64,000 bases of DNA from Gammaproteobacteria bacterium (GTDB lineage Bacteria > Pseudomonadota > Gammaproteobacteria > Arenicellales > Poriferihabitantaceae). Where the stretch lies: positions 1,454 through 65,453 of the forward strand of contig JBLIOD010000010.1 of assembly GCA_047639475.1 (NCBI GenBank), given 5' to 3'. The translations under genes and the position numbers were made by a program. Of the stretch, positions 10,100 through 19,840 are shown in pieces. Numbering within the stretch: position 1 is the stretch's first letter; the number at the start of each line of letters is the position of its first letter. Under the pieces are notes generated by a model, which had not been told where the DNA came from, made no database searches, and saw nothing but the letters and a program-made list of their open reading frames with translations.

Positions 10100-11176
10100 A
10101 TGAAACCAATTGAGTTTGAGACTAAAGTCCTAGCGTTAGTACTCACGATTTTCGCAGTAGCCAGTTTTTCCAGCAAGACGCCAGCTAACTCCTCCCATTC
10201 TGGCACATGTAACATCGGTGACGTTCCCACCGCGGTTATGGCTGGTATCGTCGCTGAAACAGGTGCAAGCTCGTTCTTCAGCGTTGCTATCTCACCCACG
10301 GAGGTGACACCAGAACAGGACCATATCATTGTCATTACTCGAACAAGTGGCTCACTCAGGTTTCGTGGCTTATTGCTTTATGTCGAGGATTCGAGCATGC
10401 CAACCCCGAACAGAATTGGATCTTTATCGACGATAGGAGGTGCCTCAGCAGCGGGGTTAACCTGCCCTGGTAACGCCAACGCACTCTCTACTCTCACCCA
10501 CACTGTCACTTCTTCATTTTCTGCCATACAACAGTTTAATTGGGCCGCGCCGGCCTCCATAACAGGCCCTATCACCATTAACGCGATCGCCTACGAGGAA
10601 AGAACACGCTGGAATGTACCCACCCCCCTAACAGGGGCCGTGTTGCCCCCTAGGTTACCAAGATGAACACCAATGCGGATACAGGCGATAGTGAACTCAT
10701 TGAGGCTGAAAACACCTCAGCAGCAATCACCCAAATTTTAGTGACACTGTGTCTATCCGTTGTTGATGTTGACGGCGATGATTCTGGCATTAACGACGTG
10801 ACCAACCCAGCCAACTATTTACTTTTTTCTCAGGGTAGCAATGAGACGTTCGACACCCAAGATTGCGCAAATGGGTTAGCCAATGATGACATTGCCATTT
10901 CCATCGACAATGTCACTTATGACGCCGCGAGCAGGACAGCTAGGCTTGAGCTTAACGCCGCTTCAGCGCTGACTGAAGCTCCTTATCGACTACTAGTTTG
11001 CGGCACCACATCAATAGAGAATGCGGCAGGGCAGAAACTTGATGGCAATGCCGATGGGGCAGGGGGCAGGGGGCGATGATTTTGTTATTAGCTTTGCCGT
11101 AGTACGACCAAATGATAACTGTGACTTCGTGGTTATTCCAGTTGCTGGCAGAGGCGGCGTGGTAACTTGTATATAG
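10100..11176 (+). pseudogene. Secreted Reeler-domain plus Ig-like domain protein, split by two frameshifts
   Basis: Signal peptide, then the Reeler pattern FRGLLL..IG...TC...LTH...W.AP...G.I.I.A (10100..10666). Continues in 10663..11079. A 7-bp duplication near 11056-11074 hides the true tail ...GGDDFVISFAVVRPNDNCDFVVIPVAGRGGVVTCI*, TAG at 11174-11176. Confidence 0.75.
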
Positions 11177-11309
11177 TAATGGGTGATTGTTAGAGACTTA
11201 CGGTAATTTACAGTGCCTGCGATCCCTTGCTGGGCACAGTGTAAGCCTTTAGCAAAAGTAGTATGAGTGACCGGAAAGAACAGCGCAAACTTCCTGCCAT
11301 ACACACCAA

Positions 11310-11717
11310 CTACTCAATAAATCGAGTGCTCTCTAAGGAATAAACTTCCTCGCCTTCAGCTAAAGTAATCGATACAAAAAAGAATTTTTCGGTAATCGGT
11401 GGTCGCTCGAAGTTAGCAGCGAGGGCATTGGTTTCTATTAACCATTGATCAAGATCAGCCTGACCTTTTTCCATTTTAACCATGTGACTTTTATCTGGGA
11501 TCGTAATCTGATCACATACTCCTGCTTCACTATATTGACCCAAACGCTCTTGTAATGTGAGTAAGGCATTCTTCAAAAACAATCGAGCCAACGTGTGTGT
11601 GGCGTCAAAAGAGGTACAGGCCATCGTGGTGACTTCAGCCTGCGTGATAGTTGATGCAACAAGTAGACTTAATGCCAAGGTGGCTTGTCCGAATTTGGGG
11701 TGAGTTTTGAGCTTCAT
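11310..11717 (-). CDS. Hypothetical secreted protein
   Basis: Signal peptide MKLKTHPKFGQATLALSLLVASTITQA; lies directly downstream of the racemase-family gene. Confidence 0.6.
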   Translation of the reverse strand: MKLKTHPKFGQATLALSLLVASTITQAEVTTMACTSFDATHTLARLFLKNALLTLQERLGQYSEAGVCDQITIPDKSHMVKMEKGQADLDQWLIETNALAANFERPPITEKFFFVSITLAEGEEVYSLESTRFIE

Positions 11718-11743
11718 ATTTTGGTTCGTTGTAGAGAGATCTC

Positions 11744-12775
11744 TTATAATTTGGTTGGCCATGTATCGGCCACTTTATAGCCTTCTGGCCAAGGGTCAGA
11801 GGGGCTTAACATATGTTGATGCGAGCCAGTTATCCACGCTTGCCCTCGTAATGAAGGCAATACTGCTGGCACATCGCCCAGCATAGTCAGTGATTCAATT
11901 TTACAATCAAATCTCGAATCAATAATGGACCGACCGATAAAAGGCTCACCTAGCGCGATTTCCCCTTTAGCGTGCATTAGAGCCAATCTAGCAGAGCAGC
12001 CCGTACCGGTAGGTGAACGATCCACCTTCCCCGGTTGTATCACCACGGCGCTCTTTCCTGACTTAACACCCTCTTCATCGTTGACAGGCAAAGTAAATTG
12101 GCAGAACGAAATGTGTTTCCAATCTGCGTTTTCAGGATGAATAAAACCCACTTGCTCATTTGCTGCCTTGGTGATTTTAGCACCGAGCATCGCAATATCT
12201 TTTGCTTCATCTGGGTTTAAACTAAAACCTAAGCTTTGAGCATCAGTAATGGCAAAACTGTCTCCGCCATAAGCGATATCGACCTGCAACGCACCTAAAC
12301 CCTCGATTTCAATCGTTTGATTTAAGGCGCTGACAAATGAGGGAAGATTGTAAGTTTTAACTGAGGTCACTTTGCCGTCTTTACACTGCGCCACCACTTT
12401 TACTAGTCCACCGGGCGCCTCAAGGGTTAATTCTGTGATTGGCTCAAGCATTGGTAAGATGCCCGTTTCCAACAATACCGTGGCCACACAAATGGAATTA
12501 GAACCTGACATCGGCGGCGTGTCTTCGGGCTCCATGATTATCCACCCCATATCCGCTTCAGGGTTTTTAGCCGGCACCAATAGGTTGAAGTGCCGAAAGA
12601 CGCCGCCTCGCGGCTCGTTCAGCATAAAGTTACGCAGGGTTTTATCTTGGGCTATCCAGCGCGATTGCTCCCATACTGTTTCACCTGGCGGCGCTTGAAC
12701 TCCGCCCACTATTACATCGCCCACTTCGCCCTCAGCGTGGCAACTAATGGTATGAATTACTTTGCTTGATTGCAT
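11744..12775 (-). CDS. Proline racemase family protein with a Ser/Thr active-site pair (likely trans-3-hydroxy-L-proline dehydratase)
   Basis: HAEGEVG, NEPRGG, PPMSGSN (replacing MCGH) and DRSPTGTG (replacing DRSPCGTG). Confidence 0.85.
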   Translation of the reverse strand: MQSSKVIHTISCHAEGEVGDVIVGGVQAPPGETVWEQSRWIAQDKTLRNFMLNEPRGGVFRHFNLLVPAKNPEADMGWIIMEPEDTPPMSGSNSICVATVLLETGILPMLEPITELTLEAPGGLVKVVAQCKDGKVTSVKTYNLPSFVSALNQTIEIEGLGALQVDIAYGGDSFAITDAQSLGFSLNPDEAKDIAMLGAKITKAANEQVGFIHPENADWKHISFCQFTLPVNDEEGVKSGKSAVVIQPGKVDRSPTGTGCSARLALMHAKGEIALGEPFIGRSIIDSRFDCKIESLTMLGDVPAVLPSLRGQAWITGSHQHMLSPSDPWPEGYKVADTWPTKL

Positions 12776-12789
12776 AAATCTATTGTTCC

Positions 12790-14181
12790 TTAACTTGTCC
12801 GAACTGACAAGGCATTATCAGCCCCATCTAACCGCGCTTGATTATATATTTGAGGCCGCATATTGGCATTCATTTCACACATAGAAACCGCCTGCCATTG
12901 CCCTTCTATTTCCGCTACGCCTTTAAAAGCGCATGCCTTGATACGCTGCTGCACATTTTCACTTTGTGGCTGCTTTAACTCATCGCCGTGCATAAAATTA
13001 TGCATAACAATATTAAACCCGCGTGCTTCTCCCTTTAACAAAGATGAGAAAAAGCCGATGCTTGCTTTTGAGGTAATTAGCAGTTCTAGTAGATATAACA
13101 AACCCCAAAAAGCCACATTCGGGCGACGCAACATAATACCCAGCTTTTGAAATTTAGATTTAATAGGGGTAATACTTTTAGATTCTAAGCCGCCAAAGGT
13201 ATGCAAAGCGCTGTTTAGAAAGCGTTTACCTAATTGGGTTTCGCTGCTTAGGTTAACCACTTTTTGGTCACTGGGACGTACCAGCACATTCGCCACACTG
13301 CTGCAGTCCTCATGACCAAATAACAAATGCTGTCTGGGTAAATTTTGCCCAATAGCGGCGCAAACTTTCGCCCACACTCTATTGGGTGTGACGGCTTCTC
13401 CACCTATCACTGTACGGCCAATATTGGCCTCTGTTTGAAAACTGATAGTGCGGCATACATCCATGTTTTCAGGCCGAGCCATTAACCATTTTAGTATGTC
13501 ACCAATGCTGTCGATATTTTTCTCCACCACCGTGACGGTTTGCGCTCCCACCAATGATTTGCTAGTTTTTTTGCGCACTGCTAGTACTAAATCAACAAAT
13601 TGATCCCGCAGGGGGTTTAGCAGTTTCTCGTTTGATAACTGTTTAATGGGATAACCTGCACGACCAGCCATCGTAATATCAATATGAATACTGAGTTTAC
13701 GTAAGCCACCTTCGAGCACCAGCCTTTCAAAATAAGCGGGTTGCTCAAGGAGCACTTGACCATGAGTCATTAACATCGGCACCAAACCCAACTTGGTCGC
13801 GTATTGCAGCACTTCTATTAGTTCATCGGGGCGCCCAGCGTGAAAGTAAGCATCCACCACGTCGTCGCCGGTAATTTGTAAGTTACCGCCCTCGCCCATT
13901 AACTTCCGCTGCGCCTCTATCTGCCGCTTCATTTGCGACAGGCTAACCAAAGGCACCTTATTGGCCGCTTTAGGCAAGTAACAGTGACTACAGCCGAAGG
14001 AGCAATAGGATGGGCCCAAAGTATAACCACATTGTACCCAGTGTCTGCCCACCATCTGGTTAGGCTGCTTTAGCCGTTCAGGCAATTCATTCCAGCGCTG
14101 CTTCAGTAGAGCGCGCTTGTTATTTGAAACCGGTTTAGTCAAGGCCTTGATGTAAGGTACGACCGAATGTATTACGCCCAC
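12790..14181 (-). CDS. Radical SAM protein of unknown function
   Basis: CxxxCxxC motif CSFGCSHC followed by a GGE-like segment (QITGDD) and LMTHG. Confidence 0.85.
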   Translation of the reverse strand: MGVIHSVVPYIKALTKPVSNNKRALLKQRWNELPERLKQPNQMVGRHWVQCGYTLGPSYCSFGCSHCYLPKAANKVPLVSLSQMKRQIEAQRKLMGEGGNLQITGDDVVDAYFHAGRPDELIEVLQYATKLGLVPMLMTHGQVLLEQPAYFERLVLEGGLRKLSIHIDITMAGRAGYPIKQLSNEKLLNPLRDQFVDLVLAVRKKTSKSLVGAQTVTVVEKNIDSIGDILKWLMARPENMDVCRTISFQTEANIGRTVIGGEAVTPNRVWAKVCAAIGQNLPRQHLLFGHEDCSSVANVLVRPSDQKVVNLSSETQLGKRFLNSALHTFGGLESKSITPIKSKFQKLGIMLRRPNVAFWGLLYLLELLITSKASIGFFSSLLKGEARGFNIVMHNFMHGDELKQPQSENVQQRIKACAFKGVAEIEGQWQAVSMCEMNANMRPQIYNQARLDGADNALSVRTS

Positions 14182-14250
14182 GAAATGCCCTGATTAAATA
14201 AAATTGATAAGCGTGAAAATACCTATTGAAGTTCCCTTCGTCAAATGGTT

Positions 14251-14279
14251 TTGACCTGACTGCACAAACCAAAGATAAT
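14251..14279 (+). promoter_or_regulatory. Putative sigma70 promoter of the MBL hydrolase gene
   Basis: TTGACC-N17-GATAAT, ending 26 nt before the ATG at 14306. Confidence 0.55.
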
Positions 14280-14305
14280 GGATCTTTATTATCCAGAAAA
14301 GATTT

Positions 14306-15013
14306 ATGAGCAAAGCTATCATACACGCATTGGAGTTAGGACCAATGGAAAATTTCGTCTACTTAATTGAAGACCCAAGTAGCCAACGTTGCGCGGTAGT
14401 TGATCCCGCTTGGAATGTTCAAAAGATTACGGAATTGTCACAATCTCGAGGGTTAACCATCAGCGATATACTGCTAACTCACTCACATGATGACCACATC
14501 AACGGTATCAATGGAGTTCTTGATAGTTACGACGCCCAAGTGCATTTATTGCATGATGAAGCCAAGCACTGGGGTGAAGCAGATGTCTCTGCTAGCTTGC
14601 ATCATGGCGGCGATGTATTAACACTCGGTAACACCGATATTACCTTGCTACACACCCCTGGTCACACACCAGGCTCAGCCTGTTTCCAGGTGAACGACGA
14701 ACTGCTCACCGGTGACACCATGTTTGTGTTTGGCTGCGGACGCTGCGACATGCACGGCGGTGACCCTGAAGTGATGTTTAATACCTTGAACAAAATGCGC
14801 AGTGAATTGCCCTCGAATACCCTAATTCGTCCCGGTCATAACTATGCCATAAAAGAAAGCTGCACTTTACACGAGCAAAGTGAAGGGAACCCGTTTATGC
14901 ATTTCCACGATCAAGAAGATTTTGTGAAGTTCCGTATGCAGGTACATGGCCAAGTTAGAAGCGGCCCGTATGATGCGGTCTCTCAAGCGCAGGCCAAGGA
15001 ATGGCTTGCCTAA
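14306..15013 (+). CDS. MBL-fold metallo-hydrolase (glyoxalase II-like)
   Basis: THSHDDHING, HTPGHTPGS, TGDTMF..GCGR, PGHNY. Confidence 0.93.
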   Translation: MSKAIIHALELGPMENFVYLIEDPSSQRCAVVDPAWNVQKITELSQSRGLTISDILLTHSHDDHINGINGVLDSYDAQVHLLHDEAKHWGEADVSASLHHGGDVLTLGNTDITLLHTPGHTPGSACFQVNDELLTGDTMFVFGCGRCDMHGGDPEVMFNTLNKMRSELPSNTLIRPGHNYAIKESCTLHEQSEGNPFMHFHDQEDFVKFRMQVHGQVRSGPYDAVSQAQAKEWLA

Positions 15014-15026
15014 GCAAACAGCCATA

Positions 15027-15052
15027 AAAAGGGCCGCTAGTGCGGCCCTTTT
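15027..15052. terminator. Bidirectional rho-independent terminator
   Basis: AAAAGGGCCGC-TAGT-GCGGCCCTTTT between convergent genes. Confidence 0.85.
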
Positions 15053-15058
15053 ACTTTC

Positions 15059-15152
15059 TTCGAACAGAGGCGTCGGCGTAATCACTAGTTTTGCCTCATT
15101 TCTTGGGGCATAGCGTAGCGAGCGACGGACGTTTAACGACGCCTAGTTATTC
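15059..15152 (-). repeat. Long imperfect palindrome, attC-like or REP-like
   Basis: Minus strand reads ATAAC-T-AGGCGTCG...CGACGCCT-CT-GTT, with unpaired extra bases and an inner TGCCCCA/TGAGGCA stem. Confidence 0.4.
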
Positions 15153-15189
15153 TCATTGTCTAGCGCAGTAGTTATGCTGGGGCCCTTCT

Positions 15190-16188
15190 TTAGAAGTCGA
15201 ACGCGTCTAAATAACCAAATAGTGCAACACTACCACCAGTGTGCAAGAACACCACGTTATCATCCTTATCGAAGTAACCATTACGTACGTGGTCAATTAA
15301 ACCCGCCAGGCCTTTACCAGAATAAACTGGATCCATCAAGATGCCTTCTTCCTGCGCCATCATGGTCACCGCTTCTAGCATGCTGTCTGTTGGTACGCCG
15401 TAGCCATCACCGACATAATCACAATTTGCAACCACCTTGTCTCGAGTAACCACGCCAGATATACCCATCATGTCAGCTGTGGCACAAGCCAATTTATAAA
15501 CGTTTTCTTCTTGTAGTTCCTTGGGTGCGCGAACACCGATGCCCAATAGAGGTATCTGGCTATTTGTTGCTTCTAAACCCACTATTAAGCCAGCTTGAGT
15601 ACCTGCACTGCCAGTGGCGGTAACAAAGTGGTCAATACGTAAGCGCATGTCATTAGCTTGCGTTAAGGTCTCGATAGCACAGTTAACGTAACCTAAAGCG
15701 CCGATAGGATCAGAGCCACCGCCAACCACGATATAAGGCTTACGTCCCGCAACACGTAATTCGTCAGCTCTTGCAGCCATTGCAGCGTTCATATCGGTAT
15801 CTTTCGCGAAGTGCGTCACCTTGGCACCAAATAGTTTATCTAAAAACACATTGCCTGATTCTGTGTAATCACGCTCGGTACTTTCCGTGCGATTTTCTAG
15901 CAAAATTTCACACTCCATACCCAGCTTACAAGCCGCCGCAACCGTCTGACGCGCATGGTTAGACTGTGTCGCACCTTGCGTAATAATAATGTCGGCGTTC
16001 TTCTCAATGGCATCAGCCATTAAAAACTCTAGCTTTCGTGTTTTGTTGCCACCCGAGCCTAAGCCAGTACAGTCGTCACGCTTAATGTAAATATTCGGAC
16101 CGCCTAAGGTCTTAGAAAAATTGGGCAAGTACTCTAGTGGAGTCGGCAAATGCGCCAAATTGACACGGGGAAATCTTGATAAATGCAT
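15190..16188 (-). CDS. cuyA: Cysteate sulfo-lyase (D-cysteine desulfhydrase/ACC deaminase family, PLP-dependent)
   Basis: [68 protein letters not shown]. Closely matches my recollection of Ruegeria CuyA, and a racemase is nearby. Confidence 0.85.
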   Translation of the reverse strand: MHLSRFPRVNLAHLPTPLEYLPNFSKTLGGPNIYIKRDDCTGLGSGGNKTRKLEFLMADAIEKNADIIITQGATQSNHARQTVAAACKLGMECEILLENRTESTERDYTESGNVFLDKLFGAKVTHFAKDTDMNAAMAARADELRVAGRKPYIVVGGGSDPIGALGYVNCAIETLTQANDMRLRIDHFVTATGSAGTQAGLIVGLEATNSQIPLLGIGVRAPKELQEENVYKLACATADMMGISGVVTRDKVVANCDYVGDGYGVPTDSMLEAVTMMAQEEGILMDPVYSGKGLAGLIDHVRNGYFDKDDNVVFLHTGGSVALFGYLDAFDF

Positions 16189-16204
16189 AGTTAAATCCGG
16201 GTTG

Positions 16205-17412
16205 TTACGCGTGGCGCAATTGATTGAGTTGAAATTTGATGATCTGTGCGATGGTATCGCAATCAGATTCGGTTAAAGATAAAGGTATTCGCATATCGCA
16301 AGTAGTCTGCAGTATGGCGTTGGTTTGCGGTAAATCTTGCGGCGTTAAATACTCCCAATGCTGGTACAAGCTGGTATAGCCAACAGGCTCTGCACGACCA
16401 AACCACTTTATGGCAGCGTCTCTAGCGGTGCATTGTTCCGAAATTTGTTCAATTTGGCCTTTATTAAGGCCCGCCAAATCGAATTGAATAGAGCTAGCGA
16501 CAAAAGCCTCATTAGCAACCCACTCCTGCACTGACACGCCGTCAATGGTGTTTAGTCGCGCTTCTAGCCAGCGGTAGTTGCGGTTCCATGTTTCTCCTCG
16601 CTGCTGCATCTCTCGAAATTGAGGGCGCAACAAGCAAGCTACCAAATTGGACATGCGCATGCTGAAGTTTGGGGTGGCGCCTTTGTATTTATCAAACACC
16701 GCTTGAGAAGGTTTGCTCTCGTGCTGGCCATACAGCATATAACTGCCGGTATATAAAATCGCTTGTGCAGCCAGTTCTTCATCATTGGTGACTAGCAAAC
16801 CGCCTTCACCCGAATCAATGTGCTTGAAAGTTTGGGTACTAAAACAACCGACTTCACCAAAGCGACTTGTAAAGGTATCGCCCCATTTTGCACCCATGGT
16901 GTGGGCGCAATCTTCTATCAAGCTGATATCATATTTCTCGCAGATGCTTACGATGGCATCCATGTTCGCAATATGCCTACGCATATGAGTGAGTAATAAT
17001 ACTTTAGCGCCGCTGTTTGCCGTTTTTTGTCTAAGTCTGCTAAGTCGATTAGATAATCAGAATTAATTTCAACCAATACCGCTTCGCCGCCTGCATGGTG
17101 AATTGCACTGGGCACACGGGCCAGGTTAAAGGCATTTACCAGCACTTTGTCACCGTGCCTAACATCGGCTATTTTGAGGCTAATAAAAATTGCGCAGCCG
17201 CCGGAATTAACGCCTACGGCATAACGACTGCCAACATACTCAGCAAATTCTTGCTCTAGCAGCGCAGCATCCGGCTCGGTGCCACTGTACTCCCCATAGC
17301 GAAGCAGGCGGCCACTGCGTAGCAAATCAGCCGCGGCCTCAATAGTGCTTTCATCAATCGCACCAGGATCACTTAAATCAAGCGTCAAGGTCGGTTCTAC
17401 TTCTCTGTTCAT
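16205..17412 (-). pseudogene. DegT/DnrJ/EryC1/StrS-family PLP enzyme with a -1 frameshift
   Basis: ORFs 16948..17412 and 16205..16984 join if one base is restored beside the A6 run at 17023-17028 (DKKAANSGAKVLLLTHMR). Motifs EDCAH and FSTQTFKHIDSGEGG. Confidence 0.85.
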
Positions 17413-17440
17413 TTGAAATTCTCTACGAAGTAAGGTGCTT

Positions 17441-18202
17441 TTAACAGGTTGTTAAACCTTGGACTAACTCTCGCGAGCCATTGGCATAGTTAACGGTTTG
17501 CTGCGCGAGTATTTCTGTTGACTCCACCAGCGGCACGGGTATATCGTCATTGCTAAGCACCATCGGTATTTCTGTACAGGCCGCTATAAGAATTTGTGCA
17601 CCTGCTTCGATTAATTGACTCGCATAAGCATGCATCTGTTGCTGAGATTGAACTTCGATTCCTTGGCTTTTTATGCGGTAAATCGTTTGCATGAATTTTT
17701 CTTGATCTTCGTCAGGTAAAGTAAATACCTGCATGCCTAACGCTACCAGCTTCGGTTGATATAGCTGCGTTTGCAAACACCCATCCACTGCCAACAATCC
17801 TACCTTTTCAACTTGCGTAAACTCACGCTCTATATACCAGCATGTTTCATCAATAATACTGACAAACGGAATGCTGACCGCGTCGATGATCGCCGAGTCA
17901 AAGGCATGAGCAGTATTACAAGGCATCACAATAAAGTCTGCCCCGCTATTTTCTAGCATCTTTGCGGAGTTCGCAAATGAAGGTTCTGGCGACGGGCCAT
18001 GCCCTGCAATGGCATCATTGCGGTTCGGCGCTTTGGCATTGTTATCGACTATACACCGGAAGTGATCCTGGTCGCTACTGGCTGGCGTATTCTTTAGCAC
18101 ACGGGAACAGAAATCTAGGGTCGCCTCGGGACCTAATCCACCTAATACACCGATTGTTTTATCTGTCTGGCTTGCCACTGAATGTCTATTTTGTTTTCGC
18201 AA
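17441..18202 (-). CDS. cuyB: Asp/Glu racemase family protein, likely cysteate racemase
   Basis: IGVLGGLGPEAT, two catalytic Cys motifs PCNTAH and ACTEIP; same operon as cuyA. Confidence 0.75.
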   Translation of the reverse strand: MRKQNRHSVASQTDKTIGVLGGLGPEATLDFCSRVLKNTPASSDQDHFRCIVDNNAKAPNRNDAIAGHGPSPEPSFANSAKMLENSGADFIVMPCNTAHAFDSAIIDAVSIPFVSIIDETCWYIEREFTQVEKVGLLAVDGCLQTQLYQPKLVALGMQVFTLPDEDQEKFMQTIYRIKSQGIEVQSQQQMHAYASQLIEAGAQILIAACTEIPMVLSNDDIPVPLVESTEILAQQTVNYANGSRELVQGLTTC

Positions 18203-18265
18203 CCTTGAAACGAGAAGTCTAACAACAGAATCTGCTAATCGCTAATGCTATCTTGTTACAACATT

Positions 18266-18280
18266 ATGTATTTAATGCAT
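18266..18280. promoter_or_regulatory. Putative LysR recognition site
   Basis: ATG-N9-CAT (contains T-N11-A) between the LysR gene and the cuyB operon. Confidence 0.45.
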
Positions 18281-18304
18281 GATTACTGAAAAACAAATGT
18301 TGGC

Positions 18305-19189
18305 TTAATCTGACCAAATTGCATCGAGCAAGGGATGGTCTAAATTCTGGCGGCAATACAACATAATATCTAGCTGCTCCTGCCATTGCTGATTACCCAA
18401 ACCAATCAGGCGTTTATTTTGAATGTCCTCTGCGACCAAGCTAGCGGGTAACCAGCCAACGCCAAAGCCGGCCAGAACGTGAGCTCTCACCCCTTCTGAA
18501 AATGAATCCTCATAAATACGATTGAAGTATTCACCTGCGTTATTGCGATTGATAATGCCGCTGACAATTCGCCCCATGAAATCTTCCGGCCCTGAAGACA
18601 CCAAAGGCAAGCTTGACTGCCCTAGTTGTTTAGCCGAGAACAAGGCCTTGCCGTTTCTTAAAGCTGATACTGCCTGCATCGTTTCGCTGCCAATTTTTCT
18701 ACCGATATATTGCTCACTGTCTAAATACAGTGGTACTGAAGAGTGACTGTAGCAAATTAGAAAGTCGCTCTGTTTGTTTTCAAGCTGCTGCACGCAATAA
18801 GGCAAGTTACGGGCATCGACCTTCAACTTAAATGAGCCTTGATCTATCGATTTTTTGGACCACCAGGTTGTAAAAAATTCAGCGGCCAACACATGCTGCA
18901 TAACAAATTTAATACGGCTTTGTTGTTGATTATATTCAGCCTGAATTAGGCTTTTCCCGCGCTCAAGGTCTTCTACAGTCGAGCCCGCCAATTTAAAAAA
19001 CTGTCTACCCGCGGAAGTAAGTGTTACTGGGTATTGCTCGCGGCTCAGTAGAGGCACGCCCACCCATTGCTCTAGTTGTTTAATATGACGGCTAATGGCG
19101 GGCTGTGTAATGGCTCGAGATTCTGCCGCTTTTGAAAAGCTGCCCAATTCTGCAACGGCGATAAAATCAAGTAACCATCGAAGATGCAT
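18305..19189 (-). CDS. LysR-family regulator (CuyR-like by context)
   Basis: HTH WLLDFIAVAELGSFSKAAESRAITQPAISRHIKQLE. Confidence 0.92.
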   Translation of the reverse strand: MHLRWLLDFIAVAELGSFSKAAESRAITQPAISRHIKQLEQWVGVPLLSREQYPVTLTSAGRQFFKLAGSTVEDLERGKSLIQAEYNQQQSRIKFVMQHVLAAEFFTTWWSKKSIDQGSFKLKVDARNLPYCVQQLENKQSDFLICYSHSSVPLYLDSEQYIGRKIGSETMQAVSALRNGKALFSAKQLGQSSLPLVSSGPEDFMGRIVSGIINRNNAGEYFNRIYEDSFSEGVRAHVLAGFGVGWLPASLVAEDIQNKRLIGLGNQQWQEQLDIMLYCRQNLDHPLLDAIWSD

Positions 19190-19329
19190 ATAAGTTGGTG
19201 AATTAGTTAATTATTGAGTCGCCCAGCATAACGTAATGAACATTATTTATGGGGCTTAATCAACATTAGAAATGGCTATTGAGCATCGTTGCTATGTCAT
19301 TTAATTCAATGACAATTTGATACCGAGTG

Positions 19330-19776
19330 TTAGTGTGTAAGTGGTTGGTCGATTACCCACATATAATTATCTTGATCCGCAATGTGTACTTCTCTCAAAC
19401 CATGGTCAGGTTGATCACGCGGGGCGTCAAAAACATAAAAGCCTAGATCAGTCACTATTTTCGCGGCCCTGTCTGCGTTGCCGTAATGCAATCTAAATTC
19501 AGCACCCGCTCCACGAATGTTAACGGACTTGGCATGCTTTTAAAAGGGATGTTTATCGTAAGTATGGTCGCTATGTATCATCCATTGAAATTCGTCTTTG
19601 TACACAATGGCTGTGTCAGCATCCGCATATCGAAGATGAGCTTAAAGCACTTCACGCGCAAATTCTATCGCGCGCGGCATATCAGTGACTAATATATTTA
19701 GAGTAAATCCTTTTAGTGACCGCCCAAAGTCTGGTGGATCCATAAAGGGCGTTTGGTTAATTGAGCGTTTCTTCAC
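19330..19776 (-). pseudogene. Glyoxalase/VOC-family protein with two internal stops
   Basis: Manual translation: MKKRSINQTPFMDPPDFGRSLKGFTLNILVTDMPRAIEFAREVL*AHLRYAD...WMIHSDHTYDKHPF*...RGAGAEFRL...HGLREVHIADQDNYMWV. TAA at 19642-19644 and 19540-19542. Absent from the ORF track. Confidence 0.85.
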
Positions 19777-19815
19777 AATCCAATCCGCTGATGATGGTAG
19801 GGTTCAGCACAAATA

Positions 19816-19840
19816 GCGACTCAAAAAAACTCTGAGTCGC
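19816..19840 (-). terminator. Hairpin downstream of ftsZ (possible terminator)
   Basis: GCGACTCA-N9-TGAGTCGC inverted repeat; weak U-tract. Confidence 0.45.

Noticed and set aside
19486-19692. 68-aa plus-strand ORF, or a possible lpxC remnant
   Set aside because: It is the shadow of the minus-strand glyoxalase pseudogene; no LpxC motifs.
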